DNA of 64,000 bases, taken from IMG/VR virus record IMGVR_UViG_3300025402_000005. One strand, written 5' to 3'. Source of the stretch: an uncultured virus (IMG/VR IMGVR_UViG_3300025402_000005) (taxonomy: Duplodnaviria > Heunggongvirae > Uroviricota > Caudoviricetes). The stretch's first letter is position 1; the number at the start of each line of letters is the position of its first letter. The notes under the pieces were generated by a model. The model was not told where the DNA came from, ran no database searches, and worked only from the letters and a program-made list of their open reading frames with translations. Shown here in pieces: positions 9,312 to 18,987 of this stretch. A program made the translations under genes and the position numbers.

Positions 9312-9647
9312 ATGGCAACCGCTTATAAAGTTTTGGGGCAATCAAACCCAGCAGCTACAACAGAAGCTACTCTCTACACCCCTAGCGGAAGCACCGCTAC
9401 CGCCGTAGTCTCAACCATTGCTGTCTGTAACCAAGCCGCTACTTCAGCCACTTATCGCATTGCAGTATGGCCTAACGGAACAGCCTCTTCTAGCGGACCT
9501 AACTGGCTTGTATACGGAGCCACAGTCAACGCTAACGACACCACCTTTTTAACCCTTGGTATCACTCTTGAGCACGGCGCGACTATTCGTGTGTACGCTT
9601 CAAGCGCAACTGTGTCATTCCATGCTTATGGAAGTGAGATCTCGTAA
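9312..9647 (+). CDS. Small beta-sandwich virion protein
   Basis: AAGGAG RBS; YKVLGQSNPAATT..LYTP...FHAYGSEI. Confidence 0.6.
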   Translation: MATAYKVLGQSNPAATTEATLYTPSGSTATAVVSTIAVCNQAATSATYRIAVWPNGTASSSGPNWLVYGATVNANDTTFLTLGITLEHGATIRVYASSATVSFHAYGSEIS

Positions 9648-9721
9648 TGTCTACTTCTAAGGCTAGCACCAACGGCCTTTCGGGTCATAAGTACGAGGAC
9701 GCACAAGCTAAAGATAACTAA
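9647..9721 (+). CDS. 24-aa mini-ORF resembling the N-terminus of the downstream FN3 protein
   Basis: MSTSKASTNGLSGHKYEDAQAKDN vs MIKKASRLNTLNSNKYRNAMAGN; TAATG-coupled. Confidence 0.4.
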   Translation: MSTSKASTNGLSGHKYEDAQAKDN

Positions 9722-9733
9722 GGAGTATAAGTC

Positions 9734-11482
9734 GTGATTAAGAAGGCCAGCAGACTTAACACCTTAAATAGCAACAAGTACAGAAACGCTATGGCGGGTA
9801 ATACCCCGAGCGCGGATGTGCCTGACGCGCCTACCTCAGTATCCGCTGCTGACGTTGGAACAGGTCGTGCGTTTAACAACGGAGCTGCCACAGTATCCTT
9901 CACCCCAGCTGCGACTGGTGGATCTGCCGCTTCCTTTACAGCTACTTCTACTCCAGGCGGATTTTACGCAACTGGAGCCAGTAGCCCAATCACTGTGACT
10001 GGTCTTCAATCTGGTATCTCTTACACATTTAAAGTTGTAGCGAACAACGCCAGCGGATCTTCTGCCCCTTCACCAGCTTCATCTTCTATCACAGCTACAA
10101 CAGTACCTAGTGCCCCAACTATCGGAACCCCAACAGTTGCTACAGGTCAACCGTATACTGGATCTGCTGGCGTATCTGTGGCATTTACCGCACCATCAAG
10201 TTCTGGTGGAAAATCGATTACTTCCTACATAGCCACATCTTCTTCAAGCAACACAGGCTCTGGTTCTTCAAGCCCCGTGTCCGTATCAGACACAGTAGGA
10301 ACTTCTAGGACTTACACAGTAACAGCCACTAACGCTAACGGTACTAGCACCGCGTCTAGCGCTTCTTCCTCTGTAACCCCAGCTTCTGTGCCTCAAGCGC
10401 CTACGCTTGGAACAGTTACCGTTGCTAGCACAACTTCGGTTTCTATCCCATTTACTGCTGGAGCTACTGGTGGCGCCTCGATCAGCTCTTACACCATTAC
10501 ATCATCTCCAGCTTTGTCTCTAAGCTACACGGTCGGATCTTCCCCAGTTACTGTCACAGGAACATTTGCTCCAAGCACCGCCTATACCTTTACCATGACT
10601 GCTACAAATGCTGAAGGCACATCGGCGTCCTCTAATACCTCTAACGCGGTTACCCCACTCCCTGCGATCTCAGATAACTTTGCCCGTGTAACAACTGGCG
10701 GTCTGGGAACCTCCTCTTCTGGTGCTCCGTGGACAGCAATCAAAGGAACATGGGTTGCTAATAACGGAGTTGCGCAGACAAGTGACGCAGCAACTAATAA
10801 CTCTATAGCCACAGTAAACCTAGGAAGCCCTCTGGTTACTGTGACGGCTACCACTACTTCTCTTGGCGCGGGTATTGCCTTCATGGTTCAAGACGCCAAT
10901 AACTGGTGGGCTGCCGCGGGTATTGAGAATGACTCTTACACTTACGCGTACACCTATGCCTATACGTATAGCGGAACCTCTACCAGGGGAACTGGTATTT
11001 ACTACTACACGTACACCACCTCAAGCTATACCTACACCTACTCCACCCCAATTTATGACAGCTACACAGGCGGGTACTACTACCACTACGGCACAGGTAC
11101 TGGGTTCACAACTACCGGTCCAAACGGCCCTTACCAGTACTACGCAACTTATTACTACTCTGGAACTGCTTACGCCAGCCCAGCCCCAAGCCCATTAGCC
11201 GTAACCCAGTACTACTTGAATCTGTACCAGTCTGTTGCTGGAACTGTTAGCACGCTGGCTACTACCGCAGCCACAGCTCTGATCAATTCACTAAAGGTTG
11301 TGGTTCACGGCACAACTGTGACCGCTACTGGTTATAGCGATGGCGCCTTCAATGTAGTAGCTGCTACTAATTCAGCAACCGCGGCTACCCCTACGGGTAA
11401 CCTGCATGGTATTATTCTTACGTCGTCAACTCAAAATCAAGGTAACTCGATTGGACCGTTCTCGGCAGTTGTAACAAACTAA
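9734..11482 (+). CDS. Fibronectin type III repeat virion protein with lectin-like C-terminal domain and Tyr-rich insert
   Basis: Three FN3-like units (PDAPT...YTFKVVANNASG; PSAPT...YTVTATNANG; PQAPT...YTFTMTATNAEG), then DNFAR..LG...W domain. Confidence 0.75.
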   Translation: MIKKASRLNTLNSNKYRNAMAGNTPSADVPDAPTSVSAADVGTGRAFNNGAATVSFTPAATGGSAASFTATSTPGGFYATGASSPITVTGLQSGISYTFKVVANNASGSSAPSPASSSITATTVPSAPTIGTPTVATGQPYTGSAGVSVAFTAPSSSGGKSITSYIATSSSSNTGSGSSSPVSVSDTVGTSRTYTVTATNANGTSTASSASSSVTPASVPQAPTLGTVTVASTTSVSIPFTAGATGGASISSYTITSSPALSLSYTVGSSPVTVTGTFAPSTAYTFTMTATNAEGTSASSNTSNAVTPLPAISDNFARVTTGGLGTSSSGAPWTAIKGTWVANNGVAQTSDAATNNSIATVNLGSPLVTVTATTTSLGAGIAFMVQDANNWWAAAGIENDSYTYAYTYAYTYSGTSTRGTGIYYYTYTTSSYTYTYSTPIYDSYTGGYYYHYGTGTGFTTTGPNGPYQYYATYYYSGTAYASPAPSPLAVTQYYLNLYQSVAGTVSTLATTAATALINSLKVVVHGTTVTATGYSDGAFNVVAATNSATAATPTGNLHGIILTSSTQNQGNSIGPFSAVVTN

Positions 11483-11496
11483 AAATCGGAGCACTT

Positions 11497-12177
11497 ATGA
11501 AGATGATTAAGTTCATACCCAATTTCAGCATTGACAAGTCGTTTAAACAGCCAGTGCCTATTAAGAACTTGATACCTGAGTGGTACACGAAAGCGGAACG
11601 CTTTTACTACTCTAAGCATGGTGAAGAGTTCCCGGGTCTAAAAACATGCGTACCTTTTCTAGATGGAATGATCTCTGGGTACGCCCTAGTTACACAAGAA
11701 GACATTTATGTGTCTAAAGATGAAGACGGTAACTTAAAAGTCGAATGGGCTTCTGGTAGTAACTTCATCGGTGAGCGCAAAGGTATGTCAGGTCACACTA
11801 TCCCACGACCAGCGGGACATGAGCAGAACCATTTAGTATGGTCTGGTAACTGGGGTTGGAAAACTCCAAAAGGTTACAGCACCTTAATCACTCACCCACT
11901 TAACAGATTTGATTTGCCATTTACAACACTCTCAGCGATTGTTGACACTGATGAGTACAACGCTTGGGGAAACATCCCTTGGTTTATTAAAACTGGTTTT
12001 GAGGGAGTCATTCCCGCGGGAACTCCATACGCACAACTTATTCCTATTAAAAGAGATAAGTGGGTATACGCTCAAGACTGGACAGCCACTGAAGGCGTAG
12101 TTCAGCAGTCTAATAAAACACGCAGAGGGTCTGGAGTTTACAGAAAGCTTTGGCGTAAAGAGAAGGACTATTCATGA
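11497..12177 (+). CDS. Conserved phage protein of unknown function (beta-rich)
   Basis: IPEWY, KTCVPFLDGMISGY, WGWKTPKGYS, THPLNR, GTPYAQLIPIKR. Confidence 0.6.
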   Translation: MKMIKFIPNFSIDKSFKQPVPIKNLIPEWYTKAERFYYSKHGEEFPGLKTCVPFLDGMISGYALVTQEDIYVSKDEDGNLKVEWASGSNFIGERKGMSGHTIPRPAGHEQNHLVWSGNWGWKTPKGYSTLITHPLNRFDLPFTTLSAIVDTDEYNAWGNIPWFIKTGFEGVIPAGTPYAQLIPIKRDKWVYAQDWTATEGVVQQSNKTRRGSGVYRKLWRKEKDYS

Positions 12178-12341
12178 AGCGTAAGGAGCAACAGGAGCCG
12201 ATTCCTGAAAAAGTAAAAATCCCTTCTATCCCTATTGGTATTGTGGTAGATGGTCAGGTAGTTGAGGTGTTCTATGTTAGTACTCCCCGCCTAGCTGCTT
12301 TGTTCTTGAGTAATCCAACCTTTACTGAGGTAGTTAAGTAA
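12174..12341 (+). CDS. 55-aa hypothetical protein (not in ORF track)
   Basis: ATGA and TAATG overlaps at both ends; MKRKEQ...GIVVDGQVVEV...AALFLSNPTF. Confidence 0.6.
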   Translation: MKRKEQQEPIPEKVKIPSIPIGIVVDGQVVEVFYVSTPRLAALFLSNPTFTEVVK

Positions 12342-13318
12342 TGTCTATTTACATAGCTATACCTAGCATGTACGACAATCAGCTTCCCTACACAGTAGAG
12401 GAGGCTTTGAAGTTTGCGGATCACCCAGAAGACCTTTCTATATCCGTAGTCTTTATGGATGTAACTGACGAGCGACTAGACCACGATAAGTTCTTTTCTG
12501 AAAAGGTAGAGCCCCTCACCTCTCAGAAGCAGGTAAAGGTCAAGCGCTTTAAAGTCGGAGAGTACGAGCCTAGCGTTGGCTTTGGGCGTAATGAAGCACT
12601 CTCTCTGTATAACGATGAAGACTATGTTCTACAGATAGATTCACACACGAAGTTTGAAAAGCACTGGGACACAATCTTGATCAAGATGTACACAGAGGCT
12701 TTACAAGAAACCAAAAACGAGTTGACCATCTTAACTACGTACCTACCTGCATACGAGCATGATGATGCTGACTCTCGCGGTTACTTTGGCAGACACCGCC
12801 TAGCTAAATACCCATTCTTTATGTTTAACTTCAGGTGGGCGGGTAACTTACCTAGCTGGCACGATCTAGATCTAGTTCACCACAAGGTGACTAGAGAAGA
12901 ACTTTATGTTCCTTGTGTTAAGTTCAATGCTCAATTTGCTTTCTCAACCAAAGTTTTCTACGAGTATTCAGGTTTACCTAAGTCAACCGTTTTCTGGGAA
13001 GAAGAGTTACTTCAAACCATGAACTTGTTAGGAGAAGGTTTCTCTTTGGTATTCCCTAATCAGGTAATGCCGCTAGCTCATCTATTTCATTCTGAAGTTA
13101 ATAATGATGTGCGGTCTTACAGCTTTAGAGTGAGCGGGGCTAACCCTAAAGGGCTAACAGCGGATGAATACCATAATGAGATCCGCGATTCATACTTTGC
13201 TTTTGTAAATGACCCAGAGAATAAAAGTAAGGTTGAGCGATTCTTTAAGTACACCCGCGTGCATCCAACCTTTGGTCCTTACTTAGAAGGCTATATCCCA
13301 GCCGACTATAACCGTTGA
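12341..13318 (+). CDS. Polypeptide GlcNAc-transferase-like glycosyltransferase (GT60/Gnt1 type)
   Basis: SIYIAIPSMYD, GFGRN...LYNDEDYVLQIDSHTKFEKHWD, F.EE and HLFH motifs. Confidence 0.75.
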   Translation: MSIYIAIPSMYDNQLPYTVEEALKFADHPEDLSISVVFMDVTDERLDHDKFFSEKVEPLTSQKQVKVKRFKVGEYEPSVGFGRNEALSLYNDEDYVLQIDSHTKFEKHWDTILIKMYTEALQETKNELTILTTYLPAYEHDDADSRGYFGRHRLAKYPFFMFNFRWAGNLPSWHDLDLVHHKVTREELYVPCVKFNAQFAFSTKVFYEYSGLPKSTVFWEEELLQTMNLLGEGFSLVFPNQVMPLAHLFHSEVNNDVRSYSFRVSGANPKGLTADEYHNEIRDSYFAFVNDPENKSKVERFFKYTRVHPTFGPYLEGYIPADYNR

Positions 13319-13377
13319 TACTGACAAAACAGGTCTCTTTGTAGATACTATATAGATATCTATTTAAGGGGCCTGAA

Positions 13378-13818
13378 GTGACTGAAGCTCATAAAGACCG
13401 ACTTAATCTAAATCTGGTTGTATCTACGCCAGAGCACGAACCAAGAGAAGACGATCCTCACTACCATCTATTTAACAGCGCCAAGACTCGCCTCAAGAAG
13501 TTAGGGCTATGGAAGTGCGTCATTAATGATGAACTCTGCTCTGGAACCCCAGAGCTTCACCACTCCCACATTGAGTTCTCTCAGGTCAATAACATGGATC
13601 CAAAGAAAGTGGAACAGGCGTTCGGTGCCCACTTTGATAGTGATGAGGACTTTCAGGTGTGGATTGAAAGCCCAGGAAATCTAGAAGTTCTTTGCACCTC
13701 ACACCATAGAACCCTCTACGGGATCCACGCTATCCCTGCCCCTCTTTGGGAAACCTTTAGATATCGCAAAGCTGGAACAGAACCTGCCGCGAAACACGTT
13801 ACAAAAGAAGATAAATAA
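13378..13818 (+). CDS. HNH-like protein
   Basis: CVI...C...ELHH...NLEVLCTSHH...GIH. Confidence 0.5.
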   Translation: MTEAHKDRLNLNLVVSTPEHEPREDDPHYHLFNSAKTRLKKLGLWKCVINDELCSGTPELHHSHIEFSQVNNMDPKKVEQAFGAHFDSDEDFQVWIESPGNLEVLCTSHHRTLYGIHAIPAPLWETFRYRKAGTEPAAKHVTKEDK

Positions 13819-13832
13819 GGGATACTAGGACT

Positions 13833-14363
13833 ATGCGCGGATACACCCAAGGCGGTCGGTTTAACTCTGACTTCGAGACCTTCAGTATTAAGGACGGTAT
13901 CGATACAGAACTCCGCAACCCCGTAGGTACTGTGGGGGAGTGGTGGTTCTATGACTCCGCGGATACTTCTATTGACCCTATCTATGATGTAGGTGACGGC
14001 GTTACTACCTCTGGCGGAGGTAGGAAGTGGTACGGTCCATACAAGATACCTTTGGTAAGAGCTGTTATCTCTCAAGGAACCGCCAGAGCTTCGGAAGCTG
14101 GTTTCTATAAGTCTGATGAGCTCCACTTAACCATCAACATCGATGACCTTAACAAGATTGACCCGGGACTTGAGGCTCAGATCTACAACATTGGACAGCT
14201 GGATAAGAGCCGTGTGATCTGGAAAGGTCAAGTTTATCGCCCATATTTGACTCAGCAACGCGGTATAGTTGCTGAGAACTACACATTAATTGCCATTGAT
14301 TGCGTTCAGGTTATGCCTGAAGAGATGGTCAATGACCCTCAATTTGCTCAGTACGCCAACTAA
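13833..14363 (+). CDS. Head-tail connector/head closure-type protein
   Basis: Position before neck/sheath genes; IDPIYDVG, VMPEEMVND. Confidence 0.45.
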   Translation: MRGYTQGGRFNSDFETFSIKDGIDTELRNPVGTVGEWWFYDSADTSIDPIYDVGDGVTTSGGGRKWYGPYKIPLVRAVISQGTARASEAGFYKSDELHLTINIDDLNKIDPGLEAQIYNIGQLDKSRVIWKGQVYRPYLTQQRGIVAENYTLIAIDCVQVMPEEMVNDPQFAQYAN

Positions 14364-14371
14364 GGAGACCC

Positions 14372-14686
14372 ATGGCACTAACACATTCAGTGGTTACGCT
14401 TAACTCGTCAACCGCTACCGCTCTTAACACAGACGCCAACATTACAAACCCAGTAACTGGAGAGGTCTACCCTACTTGGGGAGCCGGTACTCTTTCTATT
14501 CAAAACATTGATGGAACCATCACCGTTTACATCGGAGCGTCTGGCGTAACCTCTTCTTCTTACGGAGTTCAGCTAATTGCTGGCGCCTCTGTTACCTTGG
14601 ATAGCCTTAGTCAGAATGAAGTTGTATACGCTATCGCGGCCTCTGGAAGCCCTAAGCTAGCTCTCCTTCAGGTGACAACTGCGTGA
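14372..14686 (+). CDS. Small virion protein
   Basis: AAGGAG RBS; IQN...VYIG..GVTSSSYG beta-rich pattern. Confidence 0.55.
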   Translation: MALTHSVVTLNSSTATALNTDANITNPVTGEVYPTWGAGTLSIQNIDGTITVYIGASGVTSSSYGVQLIAGASVTLDSLSQNEVVYAIAASGSPKLALLQVTTA

Positions 14687-14782
14687 GTATTCGTATTTGT
14701 AAAAAGGGGGAGCCTATCTCTCTTAAGTCTACTGGGTCTTCTTCTAAGCCGAAGTCTTCGATTACGGTAAAGAAGTCCTAAA

Positions 14783-14917
14783 ATGCCGTTCAAGTCCCGC
14801 GCTCAAGAAAAGTGGATGTACGCCACCCACCCAGAGATGGCGCGTCAATGGCAAAAAGAAACACCAAAAGGTAAACTACCCAATAAAGTAAATAAAAGAC
14901 AAAAGGAGAAAAAGTAA
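14783..14917 (+). CDS. 44-aa basic protein (not in ORF track)
   Basis: MPFKSRAQEKWMYATHPEMARQWQKETPKGKLP...; TAATG coupling to next ORF. Confidence 0.6.
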   Translation: MPFKSRAQEKWMYATHPEMARQWQKETPKGKLPNKVNKRQKEKK

Positions 14918-15108
14918 TGTGCGCCACATGCGGATGCCGCGATAAGGCAAAGGACAAGAAGCAAGACACCAAGGTTATGAAAGGCATGACCCCTAAGCAG
15001 AAGTCAGCTTTTGAAAAGGCTGATAAGAAGATGGATAAGAAGAAGCCATCTGCTAAGGAAGATGCCAAGATGGACAAGGCTCTGGCTAAGAAGGTTAAAA
15101 AGAAGTAA
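14917..15108 (+). CDS. Lys-rich small protein with N-terminal CxxCxC
   Basis: MCATCGC followed by a very Lys-rich sequence; AGGAG RBS. Confidence 0.6.
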   Translation: MCATCGCRDKAKDKKQDTKVMKGMTPKQKSAFEKADKKMDKKKPSAKEDAKMDKALAKKVKKK

Positions 15109-15160
15109 GGTCTGAGCGTAGACCATAACTGCTCTGGTGCCTCTAAAACAACGCAGACTT

Positions 15161-15189
15161 AAGCACCCCAAACGGGGTGCTTTCGTTTA
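15161..15189 (+). terminator. Intrinsic terminator
   Basis: AAGCACCCC-AAAC-GGGGTGCTT hairpin followed by T-rich tract. Confidence 0.75.
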
Positions 15190-15259
15190 TCCTTATATAA
15201 GTTCCATGCGGGACTAGATTCACAACTGCGTAGTACACTGCCTCCTGAAGGAGATCACC

Positions 15260-15412
15260 ATGTATGGTAAGAAAATCGATGGCGCTTCCAGTGCGGAGTT
15301 TGCTAAAGCCATCGTTAAAAACATACCTGAGGCTCGGGAAGACTTGCTAGCGCAGATTAGTGAGACTTATTACCAAGCCAAGGTATTTAAGAATGTCCTT
15401 CGGAAGAAGTAA
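15260..15412 (+). CDS. 50-aa hypothetical protein (not in ORF track)
   Basis: AAGGAG RBS; MYGKKIDGASSAEFAKAIVKNIPE... Confidence 0.55.
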   Translation: MYGKKIDGASSAEFAKAIVKNIPEAREDLLAQISETYYQAKVFKNVLRKK

Positions 15413-15719
15413 TAACGCACAGGCTAAGGAAATAGCCGAATCCCTTGCCCCTGTATTTACTCAGGAATTTCGAGTAATCGCCAAAGCCTCTGGCTGGCCC
15501 ACTCATCTTATTAATGCCATTCAAGTTGTGGCACACCCAGATACTTCTATAGCTCTTGAATACCCAGGTGAACTTAAACAAGAGATTGAAGATCTAGAGT
15601 ACGGCCCTGAGTTCGGTGTCGCTAATACCGCTATCCGCGCTTTCATGTACCGCTGTGAGGCAACACTTCAATCCTACTTAACCCTGCCGATCCCTGACAT
15701 GATTGCGGAGGTGCTGTAA
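15393..15719 (+). CDS. Hypothetical neck-region protein
   Basis: ASGWP, IEDLEYG; ATG 15393 preferred; TAATG-coupled to next gene. Confidence 0.55.
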   Translation: MSFGRSNNAQAKEIAESLAPVFTQEFRVIAKASGWPTHLINAIQVVAHPDTSIALEYPGELKQEIEDLEYGPEFGVANTAIRAFMYRCEATLQSYLTLPIPDMIAEVL

Positions 15720-16360
15720 TGGGTAACCCATTCGTAGTAGCCGAGGATCTGGCGCTTAAAACTCTTCTTAGCGGGATCACCGTGTCTGATGACTCGAACG
15801 CAACCCGCCTCGTAAAGGTATGGTTTGGATACCCAGATATTGAAATTCGTGACCAAAACTTTCCTTTCATCACCATTGACTTAATCGATATCCTGCAAGC
15901 CCAAGAGCGCCAGACCTCTGGAAACCTAGTAGATAACGATTATCAAGGAACAATTACTCCACAATCAGGGTTTGGGTATAACTACAACATCCCTGTGGCA
16001 TATGACCTTATCTATCAAGTCACCTCTTACGCCCGTCACCCACGACACGATAGAACTCTCATCTATCAACTCCTAAATAAGTTTCCATCAAAGTACGGAT
16101 ACCTGATCGTCCCTAATGAATTAGGAACAGAGACAAGTAGCCGTTCTATGTTTCTTGATGGGTTTGTTAAAAGAGACGCCGTTAAGTCAGAAACTGGCGA
16201 CCGTCGCCTTTTAAGAAACGTTCTCACCGTAAGAGTGGTAAGCCAGATGACCCCTGCACAGGTCGCTGCTACACCTCTTGTCGATGAGATCGCTATTAAC
16301 ACTACCACTTCGTCCATCCCGTCTCGACTAACACCTCTGGCACCAAACGTTAATCCGTAA
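15719..16360 (+). CDS. Tail terminator/completion-type protein
   Basis: Immediately upstream of sheath; VWFGYPD, FPFITIDL, YQVTSYARHPRHDR. Confidence 0.55.
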   Translation: MGNPFVVAEDLALKTLLSGITVSDDSNATRLVKVWFGYPDIEIRDQNFPFITIDLIDILQAQERQTSGNLVDNDYQGTITPQSGFGYNYNIPVAYDLIYQVTSYARHPRHDRTLIYQLLNKFPSKYGYLIVPNELGTETSSRSMFLDGFVKRDAVKSETGDRRLLRNVLTVRVVSQMTPAQVAATPLVDEIAINTTTSSIPSRLTPLAPNVNP

Positions 16361-16384
16361 AACAAATAAGGAGATAAATCAATA

Positions 16385-18226
16385 ATGGCAACTTACAACC
16401 GTCCCGGGGTGTACGTTCAAGAAACGCTAAACCCTATTCAGCAAGTAGCTGGTTCCTCTACCAATACCGTTGCTGCTTTCCTTGGAGCAAATGACCGCGG
16501 CCCTCTTACTCCAACATTGGTGACCTCATGGGGTCAATACACTAGCTTGTTTGGAACTTGGAACAACACGGCAGTAACCTCTAACCCAAACAACCTTCCT
16601 CTTGCAATGTACCTCTTCTTTGCAAACGGCGGTCAAGCAGCTTATGTTACCCGCGTATTCAACGGAAGCGTAAGCTCTTCTACCGCTAACCGTTCATTCA
16701 ACGACGGTACTTCAGGAACACCTCAACCTACTCTTAAGGTTAGTGCTACTAACCCAGGTACTTGGGGTAACAACATTAACGTAAGCATTACCTCTTCGCT
16801 TAACGGATCATCTACCGTAACCGTAACAGCAGCTTCAGCTACTGGTGGCGTAGTTACCTACACAGCAAATAACTCGTTTACTTTAGGTCAAGCAGTCTCG
16901 ATTACAGGGCTTTCAACCACAGCCTTTAACTTGACTAACGTAATTATCGCGTCTGCTTCCTCTACCCAGTTCACAGTTTCAAACGGTGCTACGGGTACAG
17001 CTGTTACTACCGCTACTGCTAGCGCAACCGCTCAAGGTAACTACTTCGACCTTACTGTTTACTACAACGGAAGCAACGCTGCAAACATCGTAGAACAATG
17101 GTCTTCATTGTCTATGACAGCATCTGATTCTCGTTACGCTCCTACAGTAATCAACCAAGGTTCTATTTACATCACAGCAACAGACCTTGGGTCTACTGCA
17201 ACAGGTATTACCCGTAACCCTAGCGGTGCTGGTCTTTATGGCACACCTCTTACTAACCAAGCTCTGTCAAGTGGTTCAGACGCTGCGACAGCTGCTCCAT
17301 CTTCTGGAACAGCAAGCATCTACTCAACAGCTCTAAGCCTTTACGACGTAATCCCACAGTCTTTGACTTTGAACATCCCTGGAGCCACAGACTCAGCGAC
17401 TGTTAATGGAGCGATCGCTTACGCTACAGGATCAACCCGCTTGAACGACGTCTTCGTAGTAATTGACGCTTACCCAGCTCAAACTGGTCAGCAAACTATT
17501 ACAGACAACTACACGTCTACAGTAGCGACTCAGCTAACCCAAGCAGCTACCTATACAACAACTTCACAAGCTGCTGTGTACTACCCATCTCTTACTATCG
17601 CTGACCCAACAGTTACTGTTGGATCATCAAAGGGTCAAACCCTCGTAGTAGGCGCAGGCGCAGCGGTTGCTGGTCTCTATGGAGCTACTGATGCATCACG
17701 CGGTGTCTTCAAGGCTCCAGCTGGTCTTCAAACCCGTATTGCCGGTGCTGTAGCAGTTGCTCCTCTATCTAACGCTAACTTGGATCTATTGAACAGCTCA
17801 GTCCCACCAGTTAACGCAATTCGTTACATTGCAGGTTCTGGAATCGTTGTAATGGGTGCTCGTACCCTCAAGTCTGGTTATGTAGATCGTTATGTACCAG
17901 TCCGCCGTACCCTTACTTACATTGAGAAGGCTCTTCGTGACCTCACTCAATTCGCTATCTTTGAGCCAAACGATCAGGTTCTCTGGAACCAGATTAACAA
18001 CTCTATCACCGCCTTCTTGACTGGTTTCTGGTCTAGAGGTGGTCTCGTTGGAGCTACACCTTCTGCGGCTTTCTTCGTAGTCTGTGATAGCACAAACAAC
18101 ACCCCAACAACAATCGACAATGGATTTGTGAATATCCAAGTTGGTGTTGCTCTGCAACGTCCAGCCGAGTTCATTGTTCTCAACATCGGCCAGTACAGCG
18201 GTGGAACCGTTGTCACTGTTTCCTAA
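16385..18226 (+). CDS. Contractile tail sheath protein
   Basis: RPGVYVQE, RGP..PTLVTSW, FFANGG, RGVFKAPAG, GARTL, YVPVRR, FAIFEPND, RPAEFI. Confidence 0.95.
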   Translation: MATYNRPGVYVQETLNPIQQVAGSSTNTVAAFLGANDRGPLTPTLVTSWGQYTSLFGTWNNTAVTSNPNNLPLAMYLFFANGGQAAYVTRVFNGSVSSSTANRSFNDGTSGTPQPTLKVSATNPGTWGNNINVSITSSLNGSSTVTVTAASATGGVVTYTANNSFTLGQAVSITGLSTTAFNLTNVIIASASSTQFTVSNGATGTAVTTATASATAQGNYFDLTVYYNGSNAANIVEQWSSLSMTASDSRYAPTVINQGSIYITATDLGSTATGITRNPSGAGLYGTPLTNQALSSGSDAATAAPSSGTASIYSTALSLYDVIPQSLTLNIPGATDSATVNGAIAYATGSTRLNDVFVVIDAYPAQTGQQTITDNYTSTVATQLTQAATYTTTSQAAVYYPSLTIADPTVTVGSSKGQTLVVGAGAAVAGLYGATDASRGVFKAPAGLQTRIAGAVAVAPLSNANLDLLNSSVPPVNAIRYIAGSGIVVMGARTLKSGYVDRYVPVRRTLTYIEKALRDLTQFAIFEPNDQVLWNQINNSITAFLTGFWSRGGLVGATPSAAFFVVCDSTNNTPTTIDNGFVNIQVGVALQRPAEFIVLNIGQYSGGTVVTVS

Positions 18227-18241
18227 GGAGGAAAATAAATA

Positions 18242-18943
18242 ATGGCAACTAGCACACTAAACGCCTATAACTCAAGTCTGGCCACAGATCCTTTACGTAC
18301 GTTTAGGTTCAAGGCTGTCTTTAGCATCCCATCTACTGATACAGCATTGTTTGATCAGAGAATTGGAAACAGCAACGGAACCTCTTCTGTAAGCGGTGTT
18401 TCCACTGGTTGGGTAGGCGGATTCTCTACAATCTCTGGATTGTCTATCGCAACCCAGAACATCCCTTACCGCGAAGGCGGAATGAACACCACTGTTCACC
18501 AGATTCCTGGCATGACCACCTTCCAACCTTTGACCTTCACTCGCGGGGCAATCTATGGAAACGATCAAGCAATTACATGGATGCGCGGATTGTTCTCAGC
18601 CTCTGCTGGAAATGGTCTTAACAGTGGTGGAGGAGGTTTTCGAGTAAACATCGACATTACTGTTAATAACCACCCAAATACAAACGTTCCAAACGAGTTT
18701 GCTGCAATGAAGTTCTCAATCTTTAACGCTTGGATTACAAACCTAAGCTACACAGATTTGGATGCTACTAACGGCGCTCTTATGTTTGAGACCATGCAAC
18801 TTGTTCACGAAGGAATTAACATCTCGTTTACTGGCTCTACTGGTGCTCCTGTAGGAACTACCTCACAACCTACTGGAACATCCGTTCCTGGAAACCTTTC
18901 GTCTCCAAGCCCTCTATCTGGAACTTCAGCACGAGGTAACTAA
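18242..18943 (+). CDS. Tail tube protein (T4 gp19-like)
   Basis: DPLRTFRF, GFSTISGL, YREGG, PG.T.F..LTF.RG, NAWI, E...LVHEG. Confidence 0.9.
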   Translation: MATSTLNAYNSSLATDPLRTFRFKAVFSIPSTDTALFDQRIGNSNGTSSVSGVSTGWVGGFSTISGLSIATQNIPYREGGMNTTVHQIPGMTTFQPLTFTRGAIYGNDQAITWMRGLFSASAGNGLNSGGGGFRVNIDITVNNHPNTNVPNEFAAMKFSIFNAWITNLSYTDLDATNGALMFETMQLVHEGINISFTGSTGAPVGTTSQPTGTSVPGNLSSPSPLSGTSARGN

Positions 18944-18987
18944 TACTATACAATTAACTAACTGATCTACTTTTAGGAGAATAATAA

